In this document: one piece after another, positions 24,376-39,164 of the stretch | Position numbering within the stretch: position 1 is the stretch's first letter | How the letters are laid out: each line of letters starts with the position of its first letter | Assembly: GCA_040954595.2 (NCBI GenBank) | Contig: CM082576.2 | Coordinates: 16,229,028 to 16,293,027 of the forward strand | DNA: 64,000 bases | From: Balanoglossus misakiensis | Lineage: Eukaryota; Animalia; Hemichordata | Direction: 5' to 3' | Notes under the pieces: model-generated | The model's input: the letters and a program-made list of their open reading frames with translations, nothing else | What the model was told of the DNA's origin: nothing | Database searches by the model: none | Translations under genes and position numbers: made by a program

Positions 24376-24541
24376 ATTAGTGTCAAGATGAAACATACTT
24401 TCCTCGACCTGCCCCGTTACCAGAGCAAGGAGTACTGAGTTCTGCGTCAACAGTGCACATAACCTTTTCCTCAACCTGCCCACATGGCTACATCAGTGCA
24501 CAACAAACAGCTACCCACGCGGCCATGGCTTGGAGAAGTCT
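24376..24541 (-). pseudogene. Truncated subtype A RNA copy (conserved 3' core deleted)
   Basis: Matches 17720-17885. The junction GGAC|ATTAGTG removes about 115 bp, including the core. Confidence 0.6.
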
Positions 24542-25227
24542 TTGATGTCAGTTCTTTACCCCGGAAACATGAAGACAAAAAAGAATGACAGAAGTTTGGC
24601 GCAAAGGCAGAAGAAAAACAAGACTGTACTCACCGAGAACACCCCAGGCGAGGGGACTTACCTGAAATGTTCCATCTCTGTTTGCGCTGTCCACGTATAT
24701 ACAACGTTGATCCCGTAGACAATATCGTTTTCTCAATATCTCGAGTGTTTCCGTAGCACCGACGTCATATACGACTGGGTTTCTCAATCTCTTTTACATT
24801 CCAACTGTCATCATCCAAATATCATGTCTCCTGTCTTCTGGTTCGACGTTTAGGTTAATTTTCTTAATTTCGAACCTGTGATGCACACCTTCCTACTATT
24901 TACAACAAAAGTTTGATATGTCTATAAATCTTAGAATAGTGGTTTGATTACTTTGTTTCTCGCTTGACAAAAGTGTTTCCTTACGAATGCTGAGCCCCAT
25001 TCGGTAAGCCGATGCAATTTTACAAATTATCGTTGGGAGTTGCTCGACTTCTTTGGTAAAATGAATGATACTGCTATAATACAATATAATATGCTAGCTT
25101 AATAGATTTGTGCATATGGTTTTCAAAGTTGATGTGAAAAATATGGTTCTAATTGTTGGCAAAAGTAACCTTATCTGTCGTTAGTCTCATTTTTTAGAGA
25201 AAGAAACAACGAAAACAGTTTTTTACG

Positions 25228-25469
25228 GAGCCCTGTAAGCGGTTCTGGGGTCTCTTTACCGTGCCGGGCATTTCACAGTAAAACTTCACTATGTATTCAT
25301 ACACCAGCGGAGGGGTGGGTACAAGATTTGACCCTGAACAAGGTCTACAAACGGCGATGGGTCGGCTCGTTCTCTCCCCTTTCACTCAACCACCTGACCC
25401 CTGCCTCGACCTGTTCACTACTGGTGTAATTTCCACAGCTACCCACGTGACCATAGCGTACAAGGGCTC
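25228..25469 (-). ncRNA. Structured RNA candidate, subtype B copy 2
   Basis: GAGCCCT...AGGGCTC closing helix with complete core. Confidence 0.55.
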
Positions 25470-25825
25470 ATAGACATGGTCTATTTTACCCGGAAATGGC
25501 TAGCTAGCTGCACGAATTTGTCAAGACAATGACAGATAAGATTACTTTCCTATAGCATTGTTCTGTTGGAAATTATCACATTCCTCAATTATAGTATACT
25601 ACCCAAATAATAAAAAATATATTCTCTGCGAATTATGGTGTGTTTTTAGTGACTGTATGTAAAGTAAGTTCAAATCTTAATCCTTCCAAAGGAGGATAAT
25701 GCTCAGAAAAGTTCGTACTTTCAAATTTCCCCTTCAGAATTTATCACCGTCACATTCGACCTTCAAGCCACGTTCTGGACACACAGACCCATACTCGCGT
25801 AAACAAAACCACTTGGGTCTTACCA

Positions 25826-25920
25826 TCCCCTTTCACTCAACCACCTGACCCCTGCCTCGACCTGTTCACTACTGGTGTAATTTCCACAGCTACCCACGTG
25901 ACCATAGCGTACAAGGGCTC
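25826..25920 (-). pseudogene. Truncated subtype B copy (5' part only)
   Basis: Matches the 5' portion of B. The core has been removed by a deletion. Confidence 0.5.
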
Positions 25921-26315
25921 ATAGACATGGTCTATTTTACCCGGAAATGGCTAGCCAGCTGCAAGAATTTGTCAAGACAATGACAGATAAGATTACCTTG
26001 TACCATTCCCGTGGCATTTTTCGTTAGGGAAATTGTCAATTTCATCAGCTATGTGTTACCCCCCTCAACTCCCCCCCCCCCAAAAAAAAAAAAATTCTAA
26101 GGAAATTTGTGTGTGTTAGTGACTGTGTGTGAAGTCTACCGTTCACGGTAACATAGAAAATTATTTTGCCAAACTTAGAATAGAAAATATATGTTGGAGT
26201 TTATTATTTACATTTATTCACATATGCAGCTCAATTCAAAACACGGTTTAAAAGGACATAAAGTTGTATGCCGGTGCCGAATCACATTGTTTTTTAAAAT
26301 GTAGCAAATTTTGTT

Positions 26316-26525
26316 GAGTCTTCCAAGCGGTTCTGGGGTCTCTTTACCGTGCCGGGCGTTTCACAGTAAAACTTCACCGTGTACTCCTACGCCAGCGTTT
26401 TTTAGTGGAGACAAGGAATGACGGGATGGCCGAACCACCAACATCAGTTCTACTTGTTCAACACCAGTGTACTTCCCCCGGCGTACTTTCCACGGCTACC
26501 CACGTGACCATAGCTTGGCGGTCTC
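26316..26525 (-). ncRNA. Structured RNA candidate, subtype C copy 2
   Basis: Essentially identical to 19213-19422. Confidence 0.55.
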
Positions 26526-27982
26526 TTTGATGCAACCTCTTAAAGCCCAGAAATATATACTGTTTTCATCAGAAGACTAACGACAGACACCGCTGAATAT
26601 TAAAATCACTTTTTATTGAAATGAGCTGTATATATGATACCAATGGGCCTAATCTTTACGATAGTTACGCATCATACCCTTGCCTTGAGTAGGATGTTGT
26701 ATGTGTAACGCTCTATAGGAAAATAATAATCACAGTCGCGTGAGAGTTTGTTACACGTCGAACTGTTCCTATTCTTCTGAGTCATAGGGGCAATTCGCCG
26801 TGTAATAAAAATGCTCTTTAGATACGACTTTATTTACCCGAAATACCAAAGTTTATGCAACAATCACTCCCACTTTTGATCCACGTGTGACCCCCTAGAT
26901 AGGTTAGAATTATCCTGCGCTACAATCTCTGTACGGCAGCGCGTTTGACGTGAGCAGGGCCAGGGGAACGAACGCGCTACTTGACAACATGTCATTCCAT
27001 TCGTGCGACGCGCACGCAGCCGTGCGCACGATGCATGCAATGTGATGTTTGGCCGAAGCACAGCGACTGCGGCCGAAGCTTGTGTATCGCTGTTTGTATA
27101 AAGTTTACTGGCATACAGTACCTCTTCTACGACTTTTTTTTTAAAATTAGAATTCATTGGTTATTTTGCATAATTTTTAACCAATGCCGTACATGGCCAA
27201 GACGATTACGGCCTGTATTAAATCGCTAACTTTTCCCGAGTTGCTTAGCATTGCACTGTATGCATCACACGACAAATATTACAGAAAACAAAAGTCTCTC
27301 ATGATTCTTACCCGAGGGAGGCGCTCTTCATATTTTATGTCCAGTAGTTCCAGTGAACACTGCCAAAACAAGTGCGTGAAGAGCGGGTTCTCAACCAGCC
27401 ACTTTACAACAAAGAAAATGAAACGAAATCAGAGAGTGTAGAGCCGCTGCTTGTGCTTTGTGATCGTGAGGAGTCGTCTATGGCAACAGTGACACAAATA
27501 GAACATCAGAACACTTCCTGTTTTCTTGCGACAAAAGCATGATGGGAATTTCATCGCGAGAACTTTCGCGCGTCCGTGAGCGGGTAACTTAGCAACAAGT
27601 ATGGCGAACATTCCTTTCTTACGGCGCGGTGGCGACAGCCTTTAGGCGCGGCTTTCCGCGGACCCGAATTTTCCTTTCATTTGGCGAAGGAGGAATCTTT
27701 GCCTGTACAGATTATTCTAAACCTTTAAATCTTGTGAACAAGGGGTAAAACATTCCAATGATAAAATGTACTTATTTTTAGTTGGAGTTTTTGACCTAAA
27801 ATTTGCGTATAAAGTTTCCTTTTAGACTTGCTCTCGTCGTCGCCTCGTAGCATTGTCTGTGTGACAGTGCTGTAAAAAAACAACAGTTAGACATGAATCT
27901 TACCGAGAGGCGGCGCTTTTCGGATGGCAATGTTAAGTACTTGAAGTGTGGTAGAACTACCAAATGATGAAAACAGGATTTC

Positions 27983-28127
27983 AGATTTGACCCTGAACAA
28001 GGTCTACAAACGGCGATGGGTCGGCTCGTTCTCTCCCCTTTCACTCAACCACCTGACCCCTGCTCGACCTGTTCACTACTGGTGTAATTTCCACAGCTAC
28101 CCACGTGACCATAGCGTACAAGGGCTC
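27983..28127 (-). pseudogene. Truncated subtype B copy at array junction
   Basis: Junction GGATTTCAG|ATTTGACCCTG. Core absent. Confidence 0.5.
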
Positions 28128-28764
28128 ATAGACATGGTCTATTTTACCCGGAAATGGCTAGCTAGCTGCAGGAATTTGTCAAGACAATGACAGATAAGAT
28201 TACTTTCCTATAGCATTGTTCTGTTGGAAATTATCGCTTTCCTCAATTATAGTATACTACCCAAATAATAAAAAATATATTCTCTGCGAATTATGGTGTG
28301 TTTTTAGTGACTGTATGTAAAGTAAGTTCAAATCTTAATCCTTCCAAAGGAGGATAATGCTCAGAAAAGTTAGTCCTTTCAAATTTCCCCTTCAGAATTT
28401 ATCACCGTCACATTCGACCTTCAAGCCACGTTCTGGACACACAGACCCATACTCGCGTAAACAAAACCATTTGGGTCTTACCATCAGGCAGCGCTCTTAA
28501 AATAATGCTATTTATGTCCTAGAATCTTACTATCTTACTGAGATTAACACGGTAACGACCTGAACATCAGTGTCGTTTACCTCATACATTCATGGTTGTT
28601 AAAAGTATCCCATATGAGTGTTCAGTCCCCGTTCGTTTTGTAAGCCTGTTGTTTTTAGGGTATGTGAAAAACACTGCCGTTTTTTTTCATTATTAGCAAA
28701 AGTTACCTTATCTGTCGTTAGTCTCATTTTTTAGAGAAAGAAACAACGAAAACAGTTTTTTACG

Positions 28765-29006
28765 GAGCCCTGTAAGCGGTTCTGGGGTCTCTTTACCGTG
28801 CCGGGCATTTCACAGTAAAACTTCACTATGTATTCATACACCAGCGGAGGGGTGGGTACAAGATTTGACCCTGAACAAGGTCTACAAACGGCGATGGGTC
28901 GGCTCGTTCTCTCCCCTTTCACTCAACCACCTGACCCCTGCCTCGACCTGTTCACTACTGGTGTAATTTCCACAGCTACCCACGTGACCATAGCGTACAA
29001 GGGCTC
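28765..29006 (-). ncRNA. Structured RNA candidate, subtype B copy 3
   Basis: Complete copy. Confidence 0.55.
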
Positions 29007-29409
29007 ATAGACATGGTCTATTTTACCCGGAAATGGCTAGCCAGCTGCAAGAATTTGTCAAGACAATGACAGATAAGATTACCTTGTACCATTCCCGTGG
29101 CATTTTTCGTTAGGGAAATTGTCAACTTCATCAGCTATGTGTTACCCCCCTCAACTCCCCCCCCCCCAAAAAAAAAAAAAAAAAAAAATTCTAAGGAAAT
29201 TTGTGTGTGTTAGTGACTGTGTGTGAAGTCTACCGTTCACGGTAACATAGAAAATTATTTTGCCAAACTTAGAATAGAAAATATATGTTGGAGTTTATTA
29301 TTTACATTTATTCACATATGCAGCTCAATTCAAAACACGGTTTAAAAGGACATAAAGTTGTATGCCGGTGCCGAATCACATTGTTTTTTAAAATGTAGCA
29401 AATTTTGTT

Positions 29410-29619
29410 GAGTCTTCCAAGCGGTTCTGGGGTCTCTTTACCGTGCCGGGCGTTTCACAGTAAAACTTCACCGTGTACTCCTACGCCAGCGTTTTTTAGT
29501 GGAGACAAGGAATGACGGGATGGCCGAACCACCAACATCAGTTCTACTTGTTCAACACCAGTGTACTTCCCCAGGCGTACTTTCCACGGCTACCCACGTG
29601 ACCATAGCTTGGCGGTCTC
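29410..29619 (-). ncRNA. Structured RNA candidate, subtype C copy 3
   Basis: Complete copy. Confidence 0.55.
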
Positions 29620-31082
29620 TTTGATGCAACCTCTTAAAGCCCAGAAATATATACTGTTTTCATTCAGAAGACTAACGACAGACACCGCTGAATATTAAAA
29701 TCACTGTCTATTGAAATGAGCTGTATATATGATACCAATGGGCCTAATCTTTACGATAGTTACGCATCATACCCTTGCCTTGAGTAGGATGTTGTATGTG
29801 TAACGCTCTTTAGGAAAATAATAATCACAGTCGCGTGAGAGTTTGTTACACGTCGAACTGTTCCTATTCTTCTGAGTCATAGGGGCAATTCGCCGTGTAA
29901 TAAAAATGCTCTTTAGATACGACTTTATTTACCCGAAATACCAAAGTTTATGCAACAATCACTCCCACTTTTGATCCACGTGTGACCCCCTAGATAGGTT
30001 AGAATTATCCTGCGCTACAATCTCTGTACGGCAGCGCGTTTGACGTGAGCAGGGCCAGGGGAACGAACGCGCTACTTGACAACATGTCATTCCATTCGTG
30101 CGACGCGCACGCAGCCGTGCGCACGATGCATGCAATGTGATGTTTGGCCGAAGCACATCGACTGCGGCCGAAGCTTGTGTATCGCTGTTTGTATAAAGTT
30201 TACTGGCATACAGTACCTCTTCTACGACTTTTTTTGTAAAATTAGAATTCATTGGTTATTTTGCATAATTTTTAACCAATGCCGTACATGGCCAAGACGA
30301 TTACGGCCTGTATTAAATCGCTAACTTTTCCCGAGTTGCTTAGCATTGCACTGTATGCATCACACGACAAATATTACAGAAAACAAAAGTCTCTCATGAT
30401 TCTTACCCGAGGGAGGCGCTCTTCATATTTTATGTCCAGTAGTTCCAGTGAACACTGCCAAAACAAGTGCGTGAAGAGCGGGTTCTCAACCAGCCACTTT
30501 ACAACAAAGAAAATGAAACGAAATCAGAGAGTGTAGAGCCGCTGCTTGTGCTTTGTGATCGTGAGGAGTCGTCACGTCTATGGCAACAGTGACACAAATA
30601 GAACATCAGAACACTTCCTGTTTTCTTGCGACAAAAGCATGATGGGAATTTCATCGCGAGAACTTTCGCGCGTCCGTGAGCGGGTAACTTAGCAACAAGT
30701 ATGGCGAACATTCCTTTCTTACGGCGCGGTGGCGACAGCCTTTAGGCGCGGCTTTCCGCGGACCCGAATTTTCCTTTCATTTGGCGAAGGAGGAATCTTT
30801 GCCTGTACAGATTATTCTAAACCTTTAAATCTTGTGAACAAGGGGTAAAACATTCCAATGATAAAATGTACTTATTTTTAGTTGGAGTTTTTGACCTAAA
30901 ATTTGCGTATAAAGTTTCCTTTTAGACTTGCTCTCGTCGTAGCCTCGTAGCATTGTCTGTGCGACAGTGCTGTAAAAAAACAACAGTTAGACATGAATCT
31001 TACCGAGAGGCGGCGCTTTTCGGATGGCAATGTTAAGTACTTGAAGTGTGGTAGAACTACCAAATGATGAAAACAGGATTTC

Positions 31083-31227
31083 AGATTTGACCCTGAACAA
31101 GGTCTACAAACGGCGATGGGTCGGCTCGTTCTCTCCCCTTTCACTCAACCACCTGACCCCTGCTCGACCTGTTCACTACTGGTGTAATTTCCACAGCTAC
31201 CCACGTGACCATAGCGTACAAGGGCTC
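31083..31227 (-). pseudogene. Truncated subtype B copy at array junction
   Basis: Same junction as 27983. Confidence 0.5.
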
Positions 31228-31866
31228 ATAGACATGGTCTATTTTACCCGGAAATGGCTAGCTAGCTGCAAGAATTTGTCAAGACAATGACAGATAAGAT
31301 TACTTTCCTATAGCATTGTTCTGTTGGAAATTATCGCTTTCCTCAATTATAGTATACTACCCAAATAATAAAAAATATATTCTCTGCGAATTATGGTGTG
31401 TTTTTAGTGACTGTATGTAAAGTAAGTTCAAATCTTAATCCTTCCAAAGGAGGATAATGCTCAGAAAAGTTAGTCCTTTCAAATTTCCCCTTCAGAATTT
31501 ATCACCGTCACATTCGACCTTCAAGCCACGTTCTGGACACACAGACCCATACTCGCGTAAACAAAACCATTTGGGTCTTACCATCAGGCAGCGCTCTTAA
31601 AATAATGCTATTTATGTCCTAGAATCTTACTATCTTACTGAGATTAACACGGTAACGACCTGAACATCAGTGTCGTTTACCTCAAACATTCATGGTTGTT
31701 AAAAGTATCCCATATGAGTGTTCAGTCCCCGTTCGTTTTGTAAGCCTGTTGTTTTTAGGGTATGTGAAAAACACTGCCGTTTTTTTTTTCATTATTAGCA
31801 AAAGTTACCTTATCTGTCGTTAGTCTCATTTTTTAGAGAAAGAAACAACGAAAACAGTTTTTTACG

Positions 31867-32108
31867 GAGCCCTGTAAGCGGTTCTGGGGTCTCTTTACCG
31901 TGCCGGGCATTTCACAGTAAAACTTCACTATGTATTCATACACCAGCGGAGGGGTGGGTACAAGATTTGACCCTGAACAAGGTCTACAAACGGCGATGGG
32001 TCGGCTCGTTCTCTCCCCTTTCACTCAACCACCTGACCCCTGCCTCGACCTGTTCACTACTGGTGTAATTTCCACAGCTACCCACGTGACCATAGCGTAC
32101 AAGGGCTC
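31867..32108 (-). ncRNA. Structured RNA candidate, subtype B copy 4
   Basis: Complete copy. Confidence 0.55.
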
Positions 32109-32748
32109 ATAGACATGGTCTATTTTACCCGGAAATGGCTAGCTAGCTGCACGAATTTGTCAAGACAATGACAGATAAGATTACTTTCCTATAGCATTGT
32201 TCTGTTGGAAATTATCACTTTCCTCAATTATAGTATACTACCCAAATAATAAAAAATATATTCTCTGCGAATTATGGTGTGTTTTTAGTGACTGTATGTA
32301 AAGTAAGTTCAAATCTTAATCCTTCCAAAGGAAGATAATGCTCAGAAAAGTTAGTCCTTTCATATTTCCCCTTCAGAATTTATCACCGTCACATTCGACC
32401 TTCAAGCCACGTTCTGGACACACAGACCCATACTCGCGTAAGCAAAACCATTTGGGTCTAACCATCAGGCAGCGCTCTTAAAATAATGCTATTTATGTCC
32501 TAGAATCTTACTATCTTACTGAGATTAACACGGTAACGACCTGAACATCAGTGTCGTTTACCTATATACATTCATGGTTGTTAAAAGTGTCCCATATGAG
32601 TGTTCAGTCCCCGTTCGTTTTGTAAGCCTGTTGTTTTTAGGGTATGTGAAAAACACTGCCGTTTTTTTTTCATTATTAGCAAAAGTTACCTTGTCTGTCG
32701 TTAGTCTCATTTTTTAGAGAAAGAAACAACGAAAACAGTTTTTTTACG

Positions 32749-32990
32749 GAGCCCTGTAAGCGGTTCTGGGGTCTCTTTACCGTGCCGGGCATTTCACAGT
32801 AAAACTTCACTATGTATTCATACACCAGCGGAGGGGTGAGTACAAGATTTGACCCTGAACAAGGTCTACAAACGGCGATGGGTCGGCTCGTTCTCTCCCC
32901 TTTCACTCAACCACCTGACCCCTGCCTCGACCTGTTCACTACTGGTGTAATTTCCACAGCTACCCACGTGACCATAGCGTACAAGGGCTC
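32749..32990 (-). ncRNA. Structured RNA candidate, subtype B copy 5
   Basis: Complete copy. Confidence 0.55.
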
Positions 32991-33385
32991 ATAGACATGG
33001 TCTATTTTACCCGGAAATGGCTAGCCAGCTGCAAGAATTTGTCAAGACAATGACAGATAAGATTACCTTGTACCATTCCCGTGGCATTTTTCGTTAGGGA
33101 AATTGTCAACTTCATCAGCTATGTGTTACCCCCCTCAACTCCCCCCCCCCCCAAAAAAAAAAAATTCTAAGGAAATTTGTGTGTGTTAGTGACTGTGTGT
33201 GAAGTCTACCGTTCACGGTAACATAGAAAATTATTTTGCCAAACTTAGAATAGAAAATATATGTTGGAGTTTATTATTTACATTTATTCACATATGCAGC
33301 TCAATTCAAAACACGGTTTAAAAGGACATAAAGTTGTATGCCGGTGCCGAATCACATTGTTTTTTAAAATGTAGCAAATTTTGTT

Positions 33386-33595
33386 GAGTCTTCCAAGCGG
33401 TTCTGGGGTCTCTTTACCGTGCCGGGCGTTTCACAGTAAAACTTCACCGTGTACTCCTACGCCAGCGTTTTTTAGTGGAGACAAGGAATGACGGGATGGC
33501 CGAACCACCAACATCAGTTCTACTTGTTCAACACCAGTGTACTTCCCCCGGCGTACTTTCCACGGCTACCCACGTGACCATAGCTTGGCGGTCTC
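33386..33595 (-). ncRNA. Structured RNA candidate, subtype C copy 4
   Basis: Complete copy. Confidence 0.55.
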
Positions 33596-35053
33596 TTTGA
33601 TGCAACCTCTTAAAGCCCAGAAATATATACTGTTTTCATTCAGAAGACTAACGACAGACACCGCTGAATATTAAAATCACTGTCTATTGAAATGAGCTGT
33701 ATATATGATACCAATGGGCCTAATCTTTACGATAGTTACGCATCATACCCTTGCCTTGAGTAGGATGTTGTATGTGTAACGCTCTTTAGGAAAATAATAA
33801 TCACAGTCGCGTGAGAGTTTGTTACACGTCGAACTGTTCCTATTCTTCTGAGTCATAGGGGCAATTCGCCGTGTAATAAAAATGCTCTTTAGATACGACT
33901 TTATTTACCCGAAATACCAAAGTTTATGCAACAATCACTCCCACTTTTGATCCACGTGTGACCCCCTAGATAGGTTAGAATTATCCTGCGCTACAATCTC
34001 TGTACGGCAGCGCGTTTGACGTGAGCAGGGCCAGGGGAACGAACGCGCTACTTGACAACATGTCATTCCATTCGTGCGACGCGCACGCAGCCGTGCGCAC
34101 GATGCATGCAATGTGATGTTTGGCCGAAGCACAGCGACTGCGGCCGAAGCTTGTGTATCGCTGTTTGTATAAAGTTTACTGGCATACAGTACCTCTTCTA
34201 CGACTTTTTTTGTAAAATTAGAATTCATTGGTTATTTTGCATAATTTTTAACCAATGCCGTACATGGCCAAGACGATTACGGCCTGTATTAAATCGCTAA
34301 CTTTTCCCGAGTTGCTTAGCATTGCACTGTATGCATCACACGACAAATATTACAGAAAACAAAAGTCTCTCATGATTCTTACCCGAGGGAGGCGCTCTTC
34401 ATATTTTATGTCCAGTAGTTCCAGTGAACACTGCCAAAACAAGTGCGTGAAGAGCGGGTTCTCAACCAGCCACTTTACAACAAAGAAAATGAAACGAAAG
34501 CAGAGAGTGTAGAGCCGCTGCTTGTGCTTTGTGATCGTGAGGAGTCGTCTATGGCAACAGTGACACAAATAGAACATCAGAACACTTCCTGTTTTCTTGC
34601 GACAAAAGCATGATGGGAATTTCATCGCGAGAACTTTCGCGCGTCCGTGAGCGGGTAACTTAGCAACAAGTATGGCGAACATTCCTTTCTTACGGCGCGG
34701 TGGCGACAGCCTTTAGGCGCGGCTTTCCGCGGACCCGAATTTTCCTTTCATTTGGCGAAGGAGGAATCTTTGCCTGTACAGATTATTCTAAACCTTTAAA
34801 TCTTGTGAACAAGGGGTAAAACATTCCAATGATAAAATGTACTTATTTTTAGTTGGAGTTTTTGACCTAAAATTTGCGTATAAAGTTTCCTTTTAGACTT
34901 GCTCTCGTCGTCGCCTCGTAGCATTGTCTGTGTGACAGTGCTGTAAAAAAACAACAGTTAGACATGAATCTTACCGAGAGGCGGCGCTTTTCGGATGGCA
35001 ATGTTAAGTACTTGAAGTGTGGTAGAACTACCAAATGATGAAAACAGGATTTC

Positions 35054-35198
35054 AGATTTGACCCTGAACAAGGTCTACAAACGGCGATGGGTCGGCTCGT
35101 TCTCTCCCCTTTCACTCAACCACCTGACCCCTGCTCGACCTGTTCACTACTGGTGTAATTTCCACAGCTACCCACGTGACCATAGCGTACAAGGGCTC
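35054..35198 (-). pseudogene. Truncated subtype B copy at array junction
   Basis: Same junction as 27983. Confidence 0.5.
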
Positions 35199-35835
35199 AT
35201 AGACATGGTCTATTTTACCCGGAAATGGCTAGCTAGCTGCAAGAATTTGTCAAGACAATGACAGATAAGATTACTTTCCTACAGCATTGTTCTGTTGGAA
35301 ATTATCACTTTCCTCAATTATAGTATACTACCCAAATAATAAAAAATATATTCTCTGCGAATTATGGTGTGTTTTTAGTGACTGTATGTAAAGTAAGTTC
35401 AAATCTTAATCCTTCCAAAAGAGGATAATGCTCAGAAAAGTTAGTCCTTTCAAATTTCCCCTTCAGAATTTATCACCGTCACATTCGACCTTCAAGCCAC
35501 GTTCTGGACACACAGACCCATACTCGCGTAAACAAAACCATTTGGGTCTTACCATCAGGCAGCGCTCTTAAAATAATGCTATTTATGTCCTAGAATCTTA
35601 CTATCTTACTGAGATTAACACGGTAACGACCTGAACATCAGTGTCGTTTACCTCAAACATTCATGGTTGTTAAAAGTATCCCATATGAGTGTTCAGTCCC
35701 CGTTCGTTTTGTAAGCCTGTTGTTTTTAGGGTATGTGAAAAACACTGCCGTTTTTTTTCATTATTAGCAAAAGTTACCTTATCTGTCGTTAGTCTCATTT
35801 TTTAGAGAAAGAAACAACGAAAACAGTTTTTTACG

Positions 35836-36077
35836 GAGCCCTGTAAGCGGTTCTGGGGTCTCTTTACCGTGCCGGGCATTTCACAGTAAAACTTCACTAA
35901 GTATTCATACACCAGCGGAGGGGTGGGTACAAGATTTGACCCTGAACAAGGTCTACAAACGGCGATGGGTCGGCTCGTTCTCTCCCCTTTCACTCAACCA
36001 CCTGACCCCTGCCTCGACCTGTTCACTACTGGTGTAATTTCCACAGCTACCCACGTGACCATAGCGTACAAGGGCTC
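35836..36077 (-). ncRNA. Structured RNA candidate, subtype B copy 6
   Basis: Complete copy. Confidence 0.55.
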
Positions 36078-36716
36078 ATAGACATGGTCTATTTTACCCG
36101 GAAATGGCTAGCTAGCTGCACGAATTTGTCAAGACAATGACAGATAAGATTACTTTCCTATAGCATTGTTCTGTTGGAAATTATCACTTTCCTCAATTAT
36201 AGTATACTACCCAAATAATAAAAAATATATTCTCTGCGAATTATGGTGTGTTTTTAGTGACTGTATGTAAAGTAAGTTCAAATCTTAATCCTTCCAAAGG
36301 AAGATAATGCTCAGAAAAGTTAGTCCTTTCATATTTCCCCTTCAGAATTTATCACCGTCACATTCGACCTTCAAGCCACGTTCTGGACACACAGACCCAT
36401 ACTCGCGTAAGCAAAACCATTTGGGTCTAACCATCAGGCAGCGCTCTTAAAATAATGCTATTTATGTCCTAGAATCTTACTATCTTACTGAGATTAACAC
36501 GGTAACGACCTGAACATCAGTGTCGTTTACCTATATACATTCATGGTTGTTAAAAGTATCCCATATGAGTGTTCAGTCCCCGTTCGTTTTGTAAGCCTGT
36601 TGTTTTTAGGGTATGTGAAAAACACTGCCGTTTTTTTTTCATTATTAGCAAAAGTTACCTTGTCTGTCGTTAGTCTCATTTTTTAGAGAAAGAAACAACG
36701 AAAACAGTTTTTTACG

Positions 36717-36958
36717 GAGCCCTGTAAGCGGTTCTGGGGTCTCTTTACCGTGCCGGGCATTTCACAGTAAAACTTCACTATGTATTCATACACCAGCGGA
36801 GGGGTGAGTACAAGATTTGACCCTGAACAAGGTCTACAAACGGCGATGGGTCGGCTCGTTCTCTCCCCTTTCACTCAACCACCTGACCCCTGCCTCGACC
36901 TGTTCACTACTGGTGTAATTTCCACAGCTACCCACGTGACCATAGCGTACAAGGGCTC
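36717..36958 (-). ncRNA. Structured RNA candidate, subtype B copy 7
   Basis: Complete copy. Confidence 0.55.
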
Positions 36959-37358
36959 ATAGACATGGTCTATTTTACCCGGAAATGGCTAGCCAGCTGC
37001 AAGAATTTGTCAAGACAATGACAGATAAGATTACCTTGTACCATTCCCGTGGCATTTTTCGTTAGGGAAATTGTCAACTTCATCAGCTATGTGTTACCCC
37101 CCTCAACTCCCCCCCCCCCAAAAAAAAAAAAAAAAAATTCTAAGGAAATTTGTGTGTGTTAGTGACTGTGTGTGAAGTCTACCGTTCATGGTAACATAGA
37201 AAATTATTTTGCCAAACTTAGAATAGAAAATATATGTTGGAGTTTATTATTTACATTTATTCACATATGCAGCTCAATTCAAAACACGGTTTAAAAGGAC
37301 ATAAAGTTGTATGCCGGTGCCGAATCACATTGTTTTTTAAAATGTAGCAAATTTTGTT

Positions 37359-37568
37359 GAGTCTTCCAAGCGGTTCTGGGGTCTCTTTACCGTGCCGGGC
37401 GTTTCACAGTAAAACTTCACCGTGTACTCCTACGCCAGCGTTTTTTAGTGGAGACAAGGAATGACGGGATGGCCGAACCACCAACATCAGTTCTACTTGT
37501 TCAACACCAGTGTACTTCCCCCGGCGTACTTTCCACGGCTACCCACGTGACCATAGCTTGGCGGTCTC
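37359..37568 (-). ncRNA. Structured RNA candidate, subtype C copy 5
   Basis: Complete copy. Confidence 0.55.
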
Positions 37569-39018
37569 TTTGATGCAACCTCTTAAAGCCCAGAAATATA
37601 TACTGTTTTCATTCAGAAGACTAACGACAGACACCGCTGAATATTAAAATCACTGTCTATTGAAATGAGCTGTATATATGATACCAATGGGCCTAATCTT
37701 TACGATAGTTACGCATCATACCCTTGCCTTGAGTAGGATGTTGTATGTGTAACGCTCTTTAGGAAAATAATAATCACAGTCGCGTGAGAGTTTGTTACAC
37801 GTCGAACTGTTCCTATTCTTCTGAGTCATAGGGGCAATTCGCCGTGTAATAAAAATGCTCTTTAGATACGACTTTATTTACCCGAAATACCAAAGTTTAT
37901 GCAACAATCACTCCCACTTTTGATCCACGTGTGACCCCCTAGATAGGTTAGAATTATCCTGCGCTACAATCTCTGTACGGCAGCGCGTTTGACGTGAGCA
38001 GGGCCAGGGGAACGAACGCGCTACTTGACAACATGTCATTCCATTCGTGCGACGCGCACGCAGCCGTGCGCACGATGCATGCAATGTGATGTTTGGCCGA
38101 AGCACAGCGACTGCGGCCGAAGCTTGTGTATCGCTGTTTGTATAAAGTTTACTGGCATACAGTACCTCTTCTACGACTTTTTTTGTAAAATTAGAATTCA
38201 TTGGTTATTTTGCATAATTTTTAACCAATGCCGTACATGGCCAAGACGATTACGGCCTGTATTAAATCGCTAACTTTTCCCGAGTTGCTTAGCATTGCAC
38301 TGTATGCATCACACGACAAATATTACAGAAAACAAAAGTCTCTCATGATTCTTACCCGAGGGAGGCGCTCTTCATATTTTATGTCCAGTAGTTCCAGTGA
38401 ACACTGCCAAAACAAGTGCGTGAAGAGCGGGTTCTCAACCAGCCACTTTACAACAAAGAAAATGAAACGAAAGCAGAGAGTGTAGAGCCGCTGCTTGTGC
38501 TTTGTGATCGTGAGGAGTCGTCTATGGCAACAGTGACACAAATAGAACATCAGAACACTTCCTGTTTTCTTGCGACAAAAGCATGATGGGAATTTCATCG
38601 CGAGAACTTTCGCGCGTCCGTAACTTAGCAACAAGTATGGCGAACATTCCTTTCTTACGGCGCGGTGGCGACAGCCTTTAGGCGCGGCTTTCCGCGGACC
38701 CGAATTTTCCTTTCATTTGGCGAAGGAGGAATCTTTGCCTGTACAGATTATTCTAAACCTTTAAATCTTGTGAACAAGGGGTAAAACATTCCAATGATAA
38801 AATGTACTTATTTTTAGTTGGAGTTTTTGACCTAAAATTTGCGTATAAAGTTTCCTTTTAGACTTGCTCTCGTCGTCGCCTCGTAGCATTGTCTGTGTGA
38901 CAGTGCTGTAAAAAAACAACAGTTAGACATGAATCTTACCGAGAGGCGGCGCTTTTCGGATGGCAATGTTAAGTACTTGAAGTGTGGTAGAACTACCAAA
39001 TGATGAAAACAGGATTTC

Positions 39019-39164
39019 AGATTTGACCCTGAACAAGGTCTACAAACGGCGATGGGTCGACTCGTTCTCTCCCCTTTCACTCAACCACCTGACCCCTGCC
39101 TCGACCTGTTCACTACTGGTGTAATTTCCACAGCTACCCACGTGACCATAGCGTACAAGGGCTC
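39019..39164 (-). pseudogene. Truncated subtype B copy at array junction
   Basis: Same junction as 27983. Confidence 0.5.
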